From assembly GCA_963740355.1 (NCBI GenBank), contig CAVUDW010000003.1:160001-224000 (forward strand): a stretch of DNA of 64,000 nucleotides, written 5' to 3'. Below are positions 10,753 to 20,459 of this stretch, one piece after another. The notes beneath the pieces were generated by a model. That model saw only the letters and a program-made list of their open reading frames with translations. It ran no database searches and was not told where the DNA came from. Source of the stretch: an uncultured Gemmatimonadaceae bacterium (GTDB taxonomy: Bacteria; Gemmatimonadota; Gemmatimonadetes; Gemmatimonadales; Gemmatimonadaceae). The translations under genes were made by a program, and so were the position numbers. Position 1 is the first letter of the stretch; each line of letters starts with the position of its first letter.

Positions 10753-10840
10753 GGCATCACCTGACGGCTGTGTAAGGCGCACTTCCGATCTTTTAGGGGT
10801 TACCCCGACATTACCTGACAGGTGTAAGGCGGAACTTAGG
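10748..10840 (+). promoter_or_regulatory. Array of TGTAGG-N6-CCYGAC-like boxes upstream of ccoN (candidate response-regulator sites)
   Basis: TGTAGGGCATCACCTGAC (10748), TGTAAGGCGCACTTCCGAT (10771), TTTAGGGGTTACCCCGAC (10792), plus a second CCTGAC..TGTAAGGCG (10814-10831). Confidence 0.55.
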
Positions 10841-10899
10841 GACAGTCATTCGCGCGCTCTGCGCGTTGGCTGTCCCTTCTGCTTCCGAGGTCTTCGCCG

Positions 10900-13347
10900 A
10901 TGACCGCTGCCGCGGCTGCTCCCCCGAGCGCGACAACGCCCCTCGACGCGTTTTCTTACGACGACGCCATCGTCCGCAAATTCCTGGTCGCCTGCGTGGC
11001 GTGGGGCGCGATCGGCATGCTCGTCGGCGTGCTCATCGCGGCCCAGCTCGCCGACCCGATCTTCAACCTCGGCCTGCCGTTCACGAGCTTCGGACGGTTG
11101 CGACCGCTGCACACGAACGCGGTCATCTTCGCTTTCGGCGGCAACGCCTTCTTCTGTGGCTGCTACTACTCGACGCAGCGCCTGACGAAGGCCCGGATGT
11201 TCAGCGACACGTTGAGCAAGATCCATTTCTGGGGCTGGCAGGCCATCATCCTCGCGGCCGCCCTCACCCTGCCCTTCGGCTTCACGCAGGCCAAGGAATA
11301 TGCCGAGCTCGAATGGCCGATCGACATTGCGATCGCCGTCATCTGGGTCGTATTTGCCGTCAACTTCATCGGTACGCTGATCAAGCGCCGCGAGCGCCAC
11401 CTCTACGTGGCGCTCTGGTTCTATCTGGCCTCGATCATCACCGTCGCGATCCTGCACATCTTCAACAACCTGTCGATCCCGGCCGGTCCGATGAAGAGCT
11501 ACAGCATCTACGCCGGTGTGCAGGACGCCTTCATGCAGTGGTGGTATGGCCACAACGCCGTCGCGTTCTTCCTCACGACGCCGTTCCTCGGCCTGATGTA
11601 CTACTTCATGCCGAAAGCCGCCGAGGGCCCGGTGTTCAGCTACCGGCTCTCGATCCTGCATTTCTGGTCCTTGGTCTTCATGTACATCTGGGCCGGCCCG
11701 CATCACCTGCACTACACCTCGTTGCCGGAGTGGGCTGGTTCACTCGGCATGGTGTTCAGTGTGATGCTCTGGGCCCCAAGCTGGGGGGGCATGATCAACG
11801 GCCTGCTCACGTTGCGCGGCGGCTGGCACAAGGTGGTGAACGACCCCATCCTGAAGTTCTTCGTCATCGGCATCACCGCCTACGGCATGTCGACGTTCGA
11901 AGGCCCGATGCTCTCGATCAAGAGTGTCAACGCACTCGCGCACTACAGCGATTGGATCATCGCCCACGTGCACACCGGCGCGCTTGGCTGGAATGGCTTC
12001 ATCACGTTCGGCATGATCTACTGGCTGCTGCCACGGTTGTTCCAGACGCCGCTGTACAGCAAGCGCCTGGCCGAACTGCATTTCTGGATCGGCACCTTCG
12101 GCATCATCCTCTACGTCGTGTCGATCTACTCCGCCGGCGTGACGCAGGGCCTGATGTGGCGTGCCTTCGATGAAACCGGACGCCTCATGTATCCGGACTT
12201 CATCGAGACGGTGGTGCGACTGCTGCCGATGTACTGGGTGCGCGTGGTGGGTGGTTCGCTCTATCTCGTGGGCGTGTTGATGATGGCCTGGAACATCTTC
12301 ATGACCTGGAAGGCGCGACCCGCCGTGTACGACGTGCCGGTGATCCATGCCGCACCGCTGGCCAAGCAGTGGAAGGAGCCCGTCGTGCCGAAGCCGGCCG
12401 GCGAAGGCCTCATCGGCTGGGTGCGCGCCATGCGCTACCACCGCAAGTGGGAGGCGATGCCGGTGTTGTTCACGGTGCTCGTCACGGTGGCCGTGGCCGT
12501 CGCGTCGCTGTTCGAGATCATTCCGACGTTCCTCATCAAGTCGAATGTCCCGACCATCGCGAGTGTGCATCCGTACACGCCGCTCGAGCTCTACGGTCGC
12601 GACATCTACATCCGCGAAGGCTGCTTCAACTGTCACTCGCAGATGGTGCGACCGTTGCGCTACGAGACGGAGCGGTACGGCGAGTACTCGAAGCCGGGTG
12701 AGAGCGTGTACGATCACCCGTTCCTCTTCGGCTCGAAGCGCAATGGCCCGGACCTGGCGCGCGAGGGGAGCAAGTATCCGAACCTCTGGCACGTCACGCA
12801 CTTCAACAATCCGCGTGACATCGTCACCGGGTCGCTGATGCCGGCCTATCCGCACTTCGCGAAGAATCCGATCCCGTGGGCGGACATCCAGAAGCGCGTG
12901 GGCGTGATGGCGATGCTCGGCGTGCCGTACGGCTCCGCGGTGACGAACGCCGAGGCGATGGCGAAGCAGCAGGCCTCCGAGGTGGCGGCAGACATCGAGA
13001 AGAACGGTGGACCGGCCAATCTCGGCGACAAGGACATCGTGGCGCTGATCGCCTACGTGCAGCGTCTCGGGCAGGACATCAAGCTGGCGAATGCAGCGCC
13101 AGTCGCAGCGCCGGCGGCGAAGGTCGCCATCGCAACTCCCATCGACACGGACGGCACCATGAGCCTGACCGACATCATGAGCGGTGCTGGTCTATCCGGC
13201 TACGCGGTGGTCGCCTTGATCCTCTTCTTCGGATCGTTCCTCGCACTGGTGGGCTGGGTCTGGTGGCCCAGCCATCAGGCCTGGTGGAGCGAAGCCGCAC
13301 AGATCCCCCTCGATGACGCCACGACCAACACGACGGAGTCCCGGTGA
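10900..13347 (+). CDS. ccoN: cbb3-type cytochrome c oxidase, fused subunits I/II (CcoNO), reading in frame into CcoQ
   Basis: FGRLRPLHTN, WWYGHNAV, WAGPHHL and AHVHTG (CcoN). EGCFNCHSQMVR, GSKRNGPDL and SLMPAY (CcoO). Confidence 0.95.
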   Translation: MTAAAAAPPSATTPLDAFSYDDAIVRKFLVACVAWGAIGMLVGVLIAAQLADPIFNLGLPFTSFGRLRPLHTNAVIFAFGGNAFFCGCYYSTQRLTKARMFSDTLSKIHFWGWQAIILAAALTLPFGFTQAKEYAELEWPIDIAIAVIWVVFAVNFIGTLIKRRERHLYVALWFYLASIITVAILHIFNNLSIPAGPMKSYSIYAGVQDAFMQWWYGHNAVAFFLTTPFLGLMYYFMPKAAEGPVFSYRLSILHFWSLVFMYIWAGPHHLHYTSLPEWAGSLGMVFSVMLWAPSWGGMINGLLTLRGGWHKVVNDPILKFFVIGITAYGMSTFEGPMLSIKSVNALAHYSDWIIAHVHTGALGWNGFITFGMIYWLLPRLFQTPLYSKRLAELHFWIGTFGIILYVVSIYSAGVTQGLMWRAFDETGRLMYPDFIETVVRLLPMYWVRVVGGSLYLVGVLMMAWNIFMTWKARPAVYDVPVIHAAPLAKQWKEPVVPKPAGEGLIGWVRAMRYHRKWEAMPVLFTVLVTVAVAVASLFEIIPTFLIKSNVPTIASVHPYTPLELYGRDIYIREGCFNCHSQMVRPLRYETERYGEYSKPGESVYDHPFLFGSKRNGPDLAREGSKYPNLWHVTHFNNPRDIVTGSLMPAYPHFAKNPIPWADIQKRVGVMAMLGVPYGSAVTNAEAMAKQQASEVAADIEKNGGPANLGDKDIVALIAYVQRLGQDIKLANAAPVAAPAAKVAIATPIDTDGTMSLTDIMSGAGLSGYAVVALILFFGSFLALVGWVWWPSHQAWWSEAAQIPLDDATTNTTESR
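13159..13347 (+). CDS. ccoQ: CcoQ/FixQ small subunit (own ATG, in frame with ccoNO)
   Basis: MSLTDIMS-TM helix-EAAQIPLDD, the typical CcoQ ending. Sits between ccoO and ccoP. Confidence 0.75.
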   Translation: MSLTDIMSGAGLSGYAVVALILFFGSFLALVGWVWWPSHQAWWSEAAQIPLDDATTNTTESR

Positions 13348-13907
13348 CCAATCCGAATGAGCGCGATCGCCTGATCGAGCACTCGTACGACGGCATCCAG
13401 GAGTACGACAATCCGATGCCAGCGTGGTGGGTGTTCACGTTCTGGGTCACCATCGTCTTCTCGATCTTCTACTACGTCAATCCCGGCAACACGGGCGTTG
13501 GCAAGGGTCGCGTCGCGGAGTACGAGGAAGACATGGCGGCGTTCCGTGCCGCGCATCCCGTGAACACGGGCGGCGGCAATCCGGCCGCCCTGCTGGCCGC
13601 TGTTGCACGTCCTGCTGAGGTGAACCAGGGAAAGCTGATCTACGCCGGCAAATGTGCGGCCTGTCATGCGGTGGATGGCGGCGGCATCATCGGACCGAAC
13701 CTGACCGACGATGCCTGGCTGCATGGCGGCACCATCGACTCGATCTACAACACGGTCAACAACGGCGTGCTGGTGAAGGGCATGCCGGCGTGGGGCAAGC
13801 TGCTCAAGCCGGATGAACTGACGGAAGTGGTGGCGTACGTCTGGACGCTGCACGGGACCACGCCAGCGAAGCCGAAGGAGCCGCAAGGCGTGGTCGTGCC
13901 TCGGTGA
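13344..13907 (+). CDS. ccoP: cbb3 oxidase subunit III, short monohaem type
   Basis: HSYDGIQEYDNPMPAWW N-terminal motif, single CAACH, GPNLTD, GMPAW. Confidence 0.92.
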   Translation: MTNPNERDRLIEHSYDGIQEYDNPMPAWWVFTFWVTIVFSIFYYVNPGNTGVGKGRVAEYEEDMAAFRAAHPVNTGGGNPAALLAAVARPAEVNQGKLIYAGKCAACHAVDGGGIIGPNLTDDAWLHGGTIDSIYNTVNNGVLVKGMPAWGKLLKPDELTEVVAYVWTLHGTTPAKPKEPQGVVVPR

Positions 13908-15331
13908 GCGCTCCGCGGGCCGCAGGCCGTGTATTGCCAACGTTGAACGAGGACGGATCGCGCTACTGGATCCGTCCCCGACCGTCGCAGGGTGCGTGGT
14001 GGACGAGGCGAATGGTGGTTGGCTATTCGCTGATCGCGTTCTTCATCACGCTGCCACACCTGCGCTGGATGGGGAAGCCGCTCATCCTCCTGAACGTCCC
14101 GCGGCGCGAGTTCACCTTGCTGGGCAGCACCTTCCTGCCGACGGACACGCTGCTGCTGATGCTGATCCTCGGTAGTGTGGTGATTTCCATTTTCTTGTTC
14201 TCGGCGCTGTTCGGGCGAGTGTGGTGCGGGTGGGGATGCCCGCAAACGGTCTACATGGAGTTCGTCTTCCGCCCCATCGAGCGCCTGCTCGAAGGTGGGC
14301 GTAGCGGCTCGCTGGCGATGGACAAGAAGCCGGGGATGATGGCCCCGCGCCGCATCCTCAAGTACCTCATCTACCTGCCGATCTCGTTGCTGCTCGCGCA
14401 CACCTTCCTCGCCTACTTCGTGGGGACGGACACGCTGGCGGAATGGGTTCGGCTGTCGCCTTACGAACATCCGACGCCATTCCTGGTGATGGCTGTGACG
14501 ACGGCGCTGATCTTCATCGACTTCGGCTGGTTTCGCGAGCAGACGTGCCTCATTGCGTGCCCATACGGCCGCTGGCAGTCAGCGCTGATCGACAAGCGCT
14601 CCATGATCGTCGCCTACGACGCCAAGCGCGGCGAACCGCGCCGCGCCGGCAGTGTGCGCGGTGACGCGGCTGGTGACTGCGTGTCGTGCAACGCCTGTGT
14701 CTTTACCTGCCCTACCGGTATCGACATCCGCAATGGCCTCCAGATGGAGTGTGTGCACTGCACGCAATGCATCGATGCCTGCGATCACGTGATGGAGGCG
14801 TTGAACAAGCCGAAGGGGCTGATTCGGTATGCCTCCCAGGAGGGGCTGGCCGGCAATGCCGGTGGGTTGCTGCGACCGCGCGTCGTCATCTACTCGGTCG
14901 CGCTCGCGATCGTGCTCAGTGGGCTCGCGATTGCGCTCTCGACTCGCGCCGACGCCGAAGTGATCGTGCTGCGTTCCAGTTCAGAGCCGTACCGTGTGGA
15001 AGACGATGGGCGCGTCGCCAATCAATTGCGGGTCAAGATCGTGAACCGGTCACATGCGCGGCAGAACTACACCGTCGCAGTCACAGGACTGGACGGCGGC
15101 ACCGTGATCGCCCCCGAACTACCGCTCGCGATCGAACCAGGGGGGCAGCGCACGACAAGTATCTTCGTGATTGCACCCTTCGCAGCGTTCTCGGAAGGTC
15201 GACACAAGGTGGTGCTGCGGATCAGTGACAACGCCGATTTCAACAAGGACTTTCCGTTCGTCCTGCTCGGCCCGTCGCACGAAGAGCGCCACGAGAAACC
15301 GGAGGAGAAGCATGAAACGCGGAATCGGTAG
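13904..15331 (+). CDS. ccoG: cbb3 accessory ferredoxin-like membrane protein CcoG/FixG
   Basis: GRVWCGWGCPQT, REQTCLIACPY, CVSCNACVFTCPTGIDIR, ECVHCTQCIDAC. Confidence 0.93.
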   Translation: MSAPRAAGRVLPTLNEDGSRYWIRPRPSQGAWWTRRMVVGYSLIAFFITLPHLRWMGKPLILLNVPRREFTLLGSTFLPTDTLLLMLILGSVVISIFLFSALFGRVWCGWGCPQTVYMEFVFRPIERLLEGGRSGSLAMDKKPGMMAPRRILKYLIYLPISLLLAHTFLAYFVGTDTLAEWVRLSPYEHPTPFLVMAVTTALIFIDFGWFREQTCLIACPYGRWQSALIDKRSMIVAYDAKRGEPRRAGSVRGDAAGDCVSCNACVFTCPTGIDIRNGLQMECVHCTQCIDACDHVMEALNKPKGLIRYASQEGLAGNAGGLLRPRVVIYSVALAIVLSGLAIALSTRADAEVIVLRSSSEPYRVEDDGRVANQLRVKIVNRSHARQNYTVAVTGLDGGTVIAPELPLAIEPGGQRTTSIFVIAPFAAFSEGRHKVVLRISDNADFNKDFPFVLLGPSHEERHEKPEEKHETRNR

Positions 15332-15791
15332 CATCCAGCGCTGGCCGGCGGCGATCGTTGCGGTGTTGGTGGCACAGATGGGCTTTGGGATCTGGATGGC
15401 GAGGCTGGCCAACAGCGATCCACATTTTGCCGTCGAGTCCAACTACTACAACAAGGCCGTGAACTGGGACGCGACGATGGCGCAGGCGCGCACCGATCGC
15501 GCACTCGGCTGGAAAGCTGCGACCACCCTGACACGAACCAGCGGTCGCGGTGCAGCGTTGCGCGTGACTCTGGTCGATTCGCTGGGCGGTGTGTTGCAGG
15601 CCGACTCCGTGCAGGTGGAGGCGCTCGCGATCGCACATGCATCACAGCCGGACTCGCTTGCGCTCCGTCCCGATGGTGTTGGCTATACCGCGCCGATCGT
15701 GGATGCCGGTGCCGGACTCTGGGAAGTGAACGTGCGGGCAGTGAAAGGACGCGATGTCTTCACCGCTAGGCTGCGGACTGAATTGCAGTGA
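15312..15791 (+). CDS. ccoH: FixH/CcoH family protein
   Basis: N-terminal TM helix, AVESNYYNKAV, ALGW, GLWEV. Operon position. RBS GGAG. Confidence 0.8.
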   Translation: MKRGIGSIQRWPAAIVAVLVAQMGFGIWMARLANSDPHFAVESNYYNKAVNWDATMAQARTDRALGWKAATTLTRTSGRGAALRVTLVDSLGGVLQADSVQVEALAIAHASQPDSLALRPDGVGYTAPIVDAGAGLWEVNVRAVKGRDVFTARLRTELQ

Positions 15792-16489
15792 TGCTGCTGG
15801 CCGGCGTCCTCGTCGCGAGCTTGCTGGGCTCGATCCACTGCGGCGCGATGTGCAGTGCCTTCGCCTGCCTGGCGAACGGCAACGCCCGTCGCGGCGCGTG
15901 GTATCATGGCGGACGACTGGTGGCGTATGTGATGCTTGGCGTGGCGGCCGGCACGGTCGGGGCTGGGCTGGACAAGGCGGGCCTGATTGCGAACGTGCAA
16001 CGGACGGCCGCGTTGGTGACGAGCATCGCGCTGGTTGCGTGGGGGCTGATGCAGCTGCGTGAGGCCCGCCGCGCACGACAGTTCGCCGGCGCCACGGCCT
16101 GGGGTGGTACGCTCGCGACGCTGGTGGGTCGCACGGCCACGTGGGACCCACGGGCTCGCGCCACGGCCATTGGGCTGACCACGGGATTACTGCCTTGCGG
16201 CTGGCTCTGGGCCTTCATCGCGACTGCCATGGGCACAGGCACACCGCTTCGCGCGGCTACAGTGATGGTCGTGTTCTGGGCCGGAACCGTGCCGATGTTG
16301 CTCGCCGTCGCGGCGGGTTTGCGGCGTTTCGGCCCGATCACACGTGTGCGGTGGCCGCTCGCCAGTGCCTCGCTGGTGGTATTGCTCGGCCTTGGCGAAC
16401 TGGCATCGCACCTGCTGATGCCAACCATGAATGCAGACCCGCGCGCGACATCTGCTCATTCGAGTCACCTCCATCAGCCAACGCCCTGA
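15788..16489 (+). CDS. Sulfite exporter TauE/SafE (DsbD_2) family protein of cbb3 maturation
   Basis: SLLGSIHCGAMC, YHGGRL, GLLPCGWLW, FWAGTVP. Confidence 0.88.
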   Translation: MMLLAGVLVASLLGSIHCGAMCSAFACLANGNARRGAWYHGGRLVAYVMLGVAAGTVGAGLDKAGLIANVQRTAALVTSIALVAWGLMQLREARRARQFAGATAWGGTLATLVGRTATWDPRARATAIGLTTGLLPCGWLWAFIATAMGTGTPLRAATVMVVFWAGTVPMLLAVAAGLRRFGPITRVRWPLASASLVVLLGLGELASHLLMPTMNADPRATSAHSSHLHQPTP

Positions 16490-18939
16490 TGTCGATCGCG
16501 ATCCGACCATCAGCCGTCTCGTCCATCCCGACGGTCGCGTGCACACACTGCGGGCTGCCAGCGCTGGGAGTCGAGCCGTCGGATGGCCCCGTCTTCTGCT
16601 GCAGCGCCTGCGCCACGGCGTACGCCATGATCACTGCGCATGGCCTCGGCGCCTATCATCGGTTCCCGGAGCGGCGCGGGGCGGCGGTTCGGCCATCCGG
16701 TCGCGCGTTCAGCGACTTCGATCATGAGGCGTTCCTCGCACGCTACGTCACCACCGATTCGTCCGGATTGGCGCATATCGAGCTGGCGCTGGAAGGGGTG
16801 CACTGCGCTTCGTGCGTCTGGCTGGTGGAACGAGTGCCGCTGCTCGTCACCGGTGTCGCCAGTGCCGTGCTCGACGTACGACAGAGCCGCGCCTCTGTAT
16901 CGTGGGACCCGCGCGCGACGACGCTCTCCGAGATTGCACGTACGCTCGACGCCCTCGGCTACACGCCACATCCCTACCGAGGGGGAGAACGCGCCAAGCT
17001 GCGGCGGCGTGAGGATCGCGCGATGCTGGTACGCATCGGCGTTGCCGGCGCCATCGCGACCAACGCAATGCTCGCCGCCCTTGCGATCTACGCGGGCGAG
17101 TTCAACACGATGGATAGTGGTTCGCTGACGCTGTTCCGCTGGATCAGTCTCTTCCTCACCATCCCGACGCTCGTCTGGCCAGGCCGGATCTTCTTCACCA
17201 GTGCATGGGCTGCGCTGCGCGCACGGGCCGTGCACATGGACGTGCCGATCGCGTTCGCGCTCGCCGCCGCCACCATCCGTGGCACGATCAATACGGTCAC
17301 TGGCAGCGGCCCGATCTACTTCGACGGCGTGTGCGTGCTGGTATTCCTGCTGCTGGTTGGGCGCTTCCTCCAGGCTCGTGGACAGCGTGCCGCCACCGAT
17401 GCCACGGAGCAACTGTTTGCGCTGACGCCTGCCACGGCGCGGCTGGTTCGATTCGACGGCTCGACAGAGGATGTGCCGGCAGATGCAGTCGCGGTCGGCG
17501 CACTCATCGCCGTGCATGCCGGTGAGACGGTTCCAGTGGATGGCGAAGTGATTGCCGGTGAGAGTCGCATCAATCGCGCGATTCTCACCGGTGAATCGGC
17601 CGACGTTCATGTCGACGTGGGCGATACGGTGTACGCGGGCACGCTCAATCGTACCGCTGAACTGCGTGTCAGCGTGAAGGCCTCGGGCGATGACAGCCGG
17701 CTGGCGCGGATCCTGGCGCAGGTCGACGAAAACTCACGCCGTCGCGCGCCGGTAGTCCTGCTCGCCGACCGCCTCGCATCGCGCCTGGTGCTGGTGGTCT
17801 TGTCACTGGCGGTGGCCACGTTCTTCCTCTGGCTTCGCCGCGACGCTGCCGCCGCCTGGGACAACACCATCGCGTTGCTGATTGCGACCTGTCCGTGTGC
17901 GCTGGCGCTGGCAACACCACTCGCCATGAGCACTGCGGTCGGACGCGCTGCCCGTGCGGGCATCTTCGTGAAAGGCGGCGACACACTCGAGTCGCTGAGC
18001 AGGCCGGGAACGCTGGTGCTGGACAAGACCGGCACCCTCACACTCGGTGAGACGACGCTGGTGTCGTGGGAAGGCGATGTCGCACTGCGACCGCTGATCC
18101 TGGCGCTCGAAGCGACCTCCACGCATCCGATTGCGGCCGGCTTTCGTCGCGCCTGGTCGGGTATCGCAGCGCCGGCCGCAACGGACGTTCGGCACACCAT
18201 CGGCGGCGGTATCATCGGGCAGGTGAACGGCCACCAGGTGTTGCTCGGTTCACCACGATTCGTGGCCGGGCAGTTGCCGCGTGCCACGGCCTCCCTGACG
18301 ATGGCATCGGACGGCTATACCCCAGTCATCATTGCCGTGGATGGGCAGATCGCTGGCCGTGCATCGTTTGGTGATGCGATTCGGCCCGATGCGGCAGACT
18401 CCCTCCGCACACTCCGCGCGCGCGGGTGGAAGACGATCCTCCTGTCCGGTGACGCATCGGCGGTGTCGGCACGAGTCGGCGCCGCACTGGGCTTTGCGCC
18501 GAGCGAGATCTTCGCCGAGTCGTCACCAGAGGACAAGGCGGCGCATGTACGTGCGCTGGTCGTGGCGGCAGGCGGCGGCAGGACGCCCCCATGTGTCGCA
18601 ATGGTTGGTGATGGTGTCAACGACGCGGCGGCGATTGCGGCTGCCACGGTTGGCATCGGCGTGCACGGAGGTGCGGAGGCGTCGCTGTCGACGGCCGACG
18701 TTGCGCTGACCCGTGACGGTCTTGCCGCGCTGGTGGCGCTGGACGACGGAGCGCGTCGCTCGATGGCTGTGATTCGGCGCAATATCCTCTGGGCGTTGGC
18801 CTACAACACTGTTGGTGTCGGGCTCTCGATGACGGGACATGTGACACCACTCGTCGCCGCAGTGATGATGCCCGTCAGCTCACTCACGGTCGTCCTCGCC
18901 AGCTGGTTCAGCACAACGTTCACATCGGAGAAAACATGA
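16489..18939 (+). CDS. ccoI: Copper-translocating P1B-type ATPase CcoI/FixI
   Basis: CTHCG/FCCSAC N-domain, HCASC, TGES, CPCAL, DKTGT, HP, GDGVND, YN. Confidence 0.93.
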   Translation: MSIAIRPSAVSSIPTVACTHCGLPALGVEPSDGPVFCCSACATAYAMITAHGLGAYHRFPERRGAAVRPSGRAFSDFDHEAFLARYVTTDSSGLAHIELALEGVHCASCVWLVERVPLLVTGVASAVLDVRQSRASVSWDPRATTLSEIARTLDALGYTPHPYRGGERAKLRRREDRAMLVRIGVAGAIATNAMLAALAIYAGEFNTMDSGSLTLFRWISLFLTIPTLVWPGRIFFTSAWAALRARAVHMDVPIAFALAAATIRGTINTVTGSGPIYFDGVCVLVFLLLVGRFLQARGQRAATDATEQLFALTPATARLVRFDGSTEDVPADAVAVGALIAVHAGETVPVDGEVIAGESRINRAILTGESADVHVDVGDTVYAGTLNRTAELRVSVKASGDDSRLARILAQVDENSRRRAPVVLLADRLASRLVLVVLSLAVATFFLWLRRDAAAAWDNTIALLIATCPCALALATPLAMSTAVGRAARAGIFVKGGDTLESLSRPGTLVLDKTGTLTLGETTLVSWEGDVALRPLILALEATSTHPIAAGFRRAWSGIAAPAATDVRHTIGGGIIGQVNGHQVLLGSPRFVAGQLPRATASLTMASDGYTPVIIAVDGQIAGRASFGDAIRPDAADSLRTLRARGWKTILLSGDASAVSARVGAALGFAPSEIFAESSPEDKAAHVRALVVAAGGGRTPPCVAMVGDGVNDAAAIAAATVGIGVHGGAEASLSTADVALTRDGLAALVALDDGARRSMAVIRRNILWALAYNTVGVGLSMTGHVTPLVAAVMMPVSSLTVVLASWFSTTFTSEKT

Positions 18940-19076
18940 GCGTCCTGTATGTCGTCGTGCCGCTGGCGCTCGTGATCGTTGGTGTGGGCCTGGCTGGTTA
19001 TCTCTGGGCGGTGCGTGATGGGCAGATGGACGATCTCGAGACGCCCGGGCTCCGGGTGATTCGCGACGACGAGTAG
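18936..19076 (+). CDS. ccoS: cbb3 maturation protein CcoS (46 aa, not in the supplied ORF track)
   Basis: My translation: MSVLYVVVPLALVIVGVGLAGYLWAVRDGQMDDLETPGLRVIRDDE. ATGA overlap with the ccoI stop. Confidence 0.92.
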   Translation: MSVLYVVVPLALVIVGVGLAGYLWAVRDGQMDDLETPGLRVIRDDE

Positions 19077-19158
19077 TCACACACGATTCGTGAATGTGTG
19101 GTGCTGACGCCGGTTCAGGCGGTGGCTCTGAGTATGCTGCCCTCATGACGGAGGTGTC

Positions 19159-20010
19159 ATGAAGATCGCACTGATCGTGCTGGTCGTGGTCGCATGTGTG
19201 GGTGTATTGATCGTGGTGGTGCCGCGCCTGGCGGATCTGCGTCCGGGCAGCTATCGGTCGCAGTTCGCGCGGTCGCGTGACTCGCTCCTGGCGCGTCCCG
19301 TTGCGGCAGCGCCGATCGTCTCCGAAGCGGACATCACCGCGCTCCCGCCGTTGATGCAGACGTACCTGCGACGAGTCGGCGCGGTAGGCCGCGAGCGTCC
19401 ACACAACGTGCGACTCGAATTCGACGCGCAGATGCGCAGCAGCGCCACGTCGCCCTGGATGAAGTCCACGGCGAGTCAATACGAATTCTTCGTGACACCG
19501 GCTCGCCTGTTCTACATGAACGCATCGCTGGCCGGAATTCCATTCGACGTCTTCCACCGCTATGTCGACGGCGCAGCCACATTCCGCGTGCGCATCGGGA
19601 GCCTCTTCCCGATGGTGGACAAGAGTGGGCCCGCGCTCACAAACGACGAAACCGTGACGTTGATGAACGACATTTTGGTCTTCGCGCCCGCCGCAGTGTT
19701 GTCGCTGCCCTTCACCTTCGAGGCGACGGGCCCTCACACACTGCGTTCGACGTTCAGCAATGCGGGCTTCACCGTCGCCGCCGTCCTGACGTTCGACGAG
19801 CCCGGCGATCTGGTGGGCTTCACGTCGGACGATCGTGCCCATTCGAACGAAGCCGGCCCCGCGACCTGGTCGACGCCCTTGAGCGGCTATCGTGAGCTGA
19901 ATGGCATCCGTGTCAGCACCACTGGCGATGCGAACTGGATCGACCGGACCGGGGAATGGACGTATGGCAAGTTCGCGCTGCGCTCGATCGCCTACAACGT
20001 TGTGAAATAA
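19159..20010 (+). CDS. DUF6544-like exported/membrane-anchored protein
   Basis: RBS GGAGG, N-terminal TM helix, EADITALPPLMQTYLRRVG, ETVTLMND, WSTP. Confidence 0.65.
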   Translation: MKIALIVLVVVACVGVLIVVVPRLADLRPGSYRSQFARSRDSLLARPVAAAPIVSEADITALPPLMQTYLRRVGAVGRERPHNVRLEFDAQMRSSATSPWMKSTASQYEFFVTPARLFYMNASLAGIPFDVFHRYVDGAATFRVRIGSLFPMVDKSGPALTNDETVTLMNDILVFAPAAVLSLPFTFEATGPHTLRSTFSNAGFTVAAVLTFDEPGDLVGFTSDDRAHSNEAGPATWSTPLSGYRELNGIRVSTTGDANWIDRTGEWTYGKFALRSIAYNVVK

Positions 20011-20096
20011 GCACTTACGCCGCCCTAGCCATCTTCTGCCCGGCGGACATTAGTGGCATTCTGTCACGCGATCCGGGTTGCAGTCGTCGGAAGGGT

Positions 20097-20459
20097 ATGC
20101 CTGAGACACTGCTCTCCCGACCAGAGCTCATCCTCAGCCTGCCCGTCAGCGAGTTCGATGCGGGCACGTGGCGGAAGGATGAGCTGATCGCGTTCGCAAA
20201 GGTGCTTGGCGTGCCGATGAAGGGCACCAAGGCCGCAGTCACCGCCAGAATTCGCACGCAACTGCTTCGCCGCAACCCGCCGACGGAGAGCGTGGCGACG
20301 GGGGCAGTGGCATCCAGCGCCGCACCGCCCTCGCTCACGTCGTCAGTCACGCCACAGCAGCCCACCGATTTCTTTCGCGCCGAGCCGGGGCAGTCACGGG
20401 CGCAGGCGCTGGCGGCGTGGTTTGCGAGTCGCAAGGCCGCCGTGAAAAATCACGACTAG
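20097..20459 (+). CDS. Small SAP-like/DUF6434-like protein
   Basis: RPEL...WRKDELIAFAKVLGVPMKGTKAAVTARI helix-loop-helix. C-terminal FFRAEPG...ALAAW. Confidence 0.55.
   Translation: MPETLLSRPELILSLPVSEFDAGTWRKDELIAFAKVLGVPMKGTKAAVTARIRTQLLRRNPPTESVATGAVASSAAPPSLTSSVTPQQPTDFFRAEPGQSRAQALAAWFASRKAAVKNHD

Noticed and set aside
10866..12173. 435-aa alternate-frame ORF over ccoN
   Set aside because: Same-strand frame shadow of ccoN with no recognisable domain.
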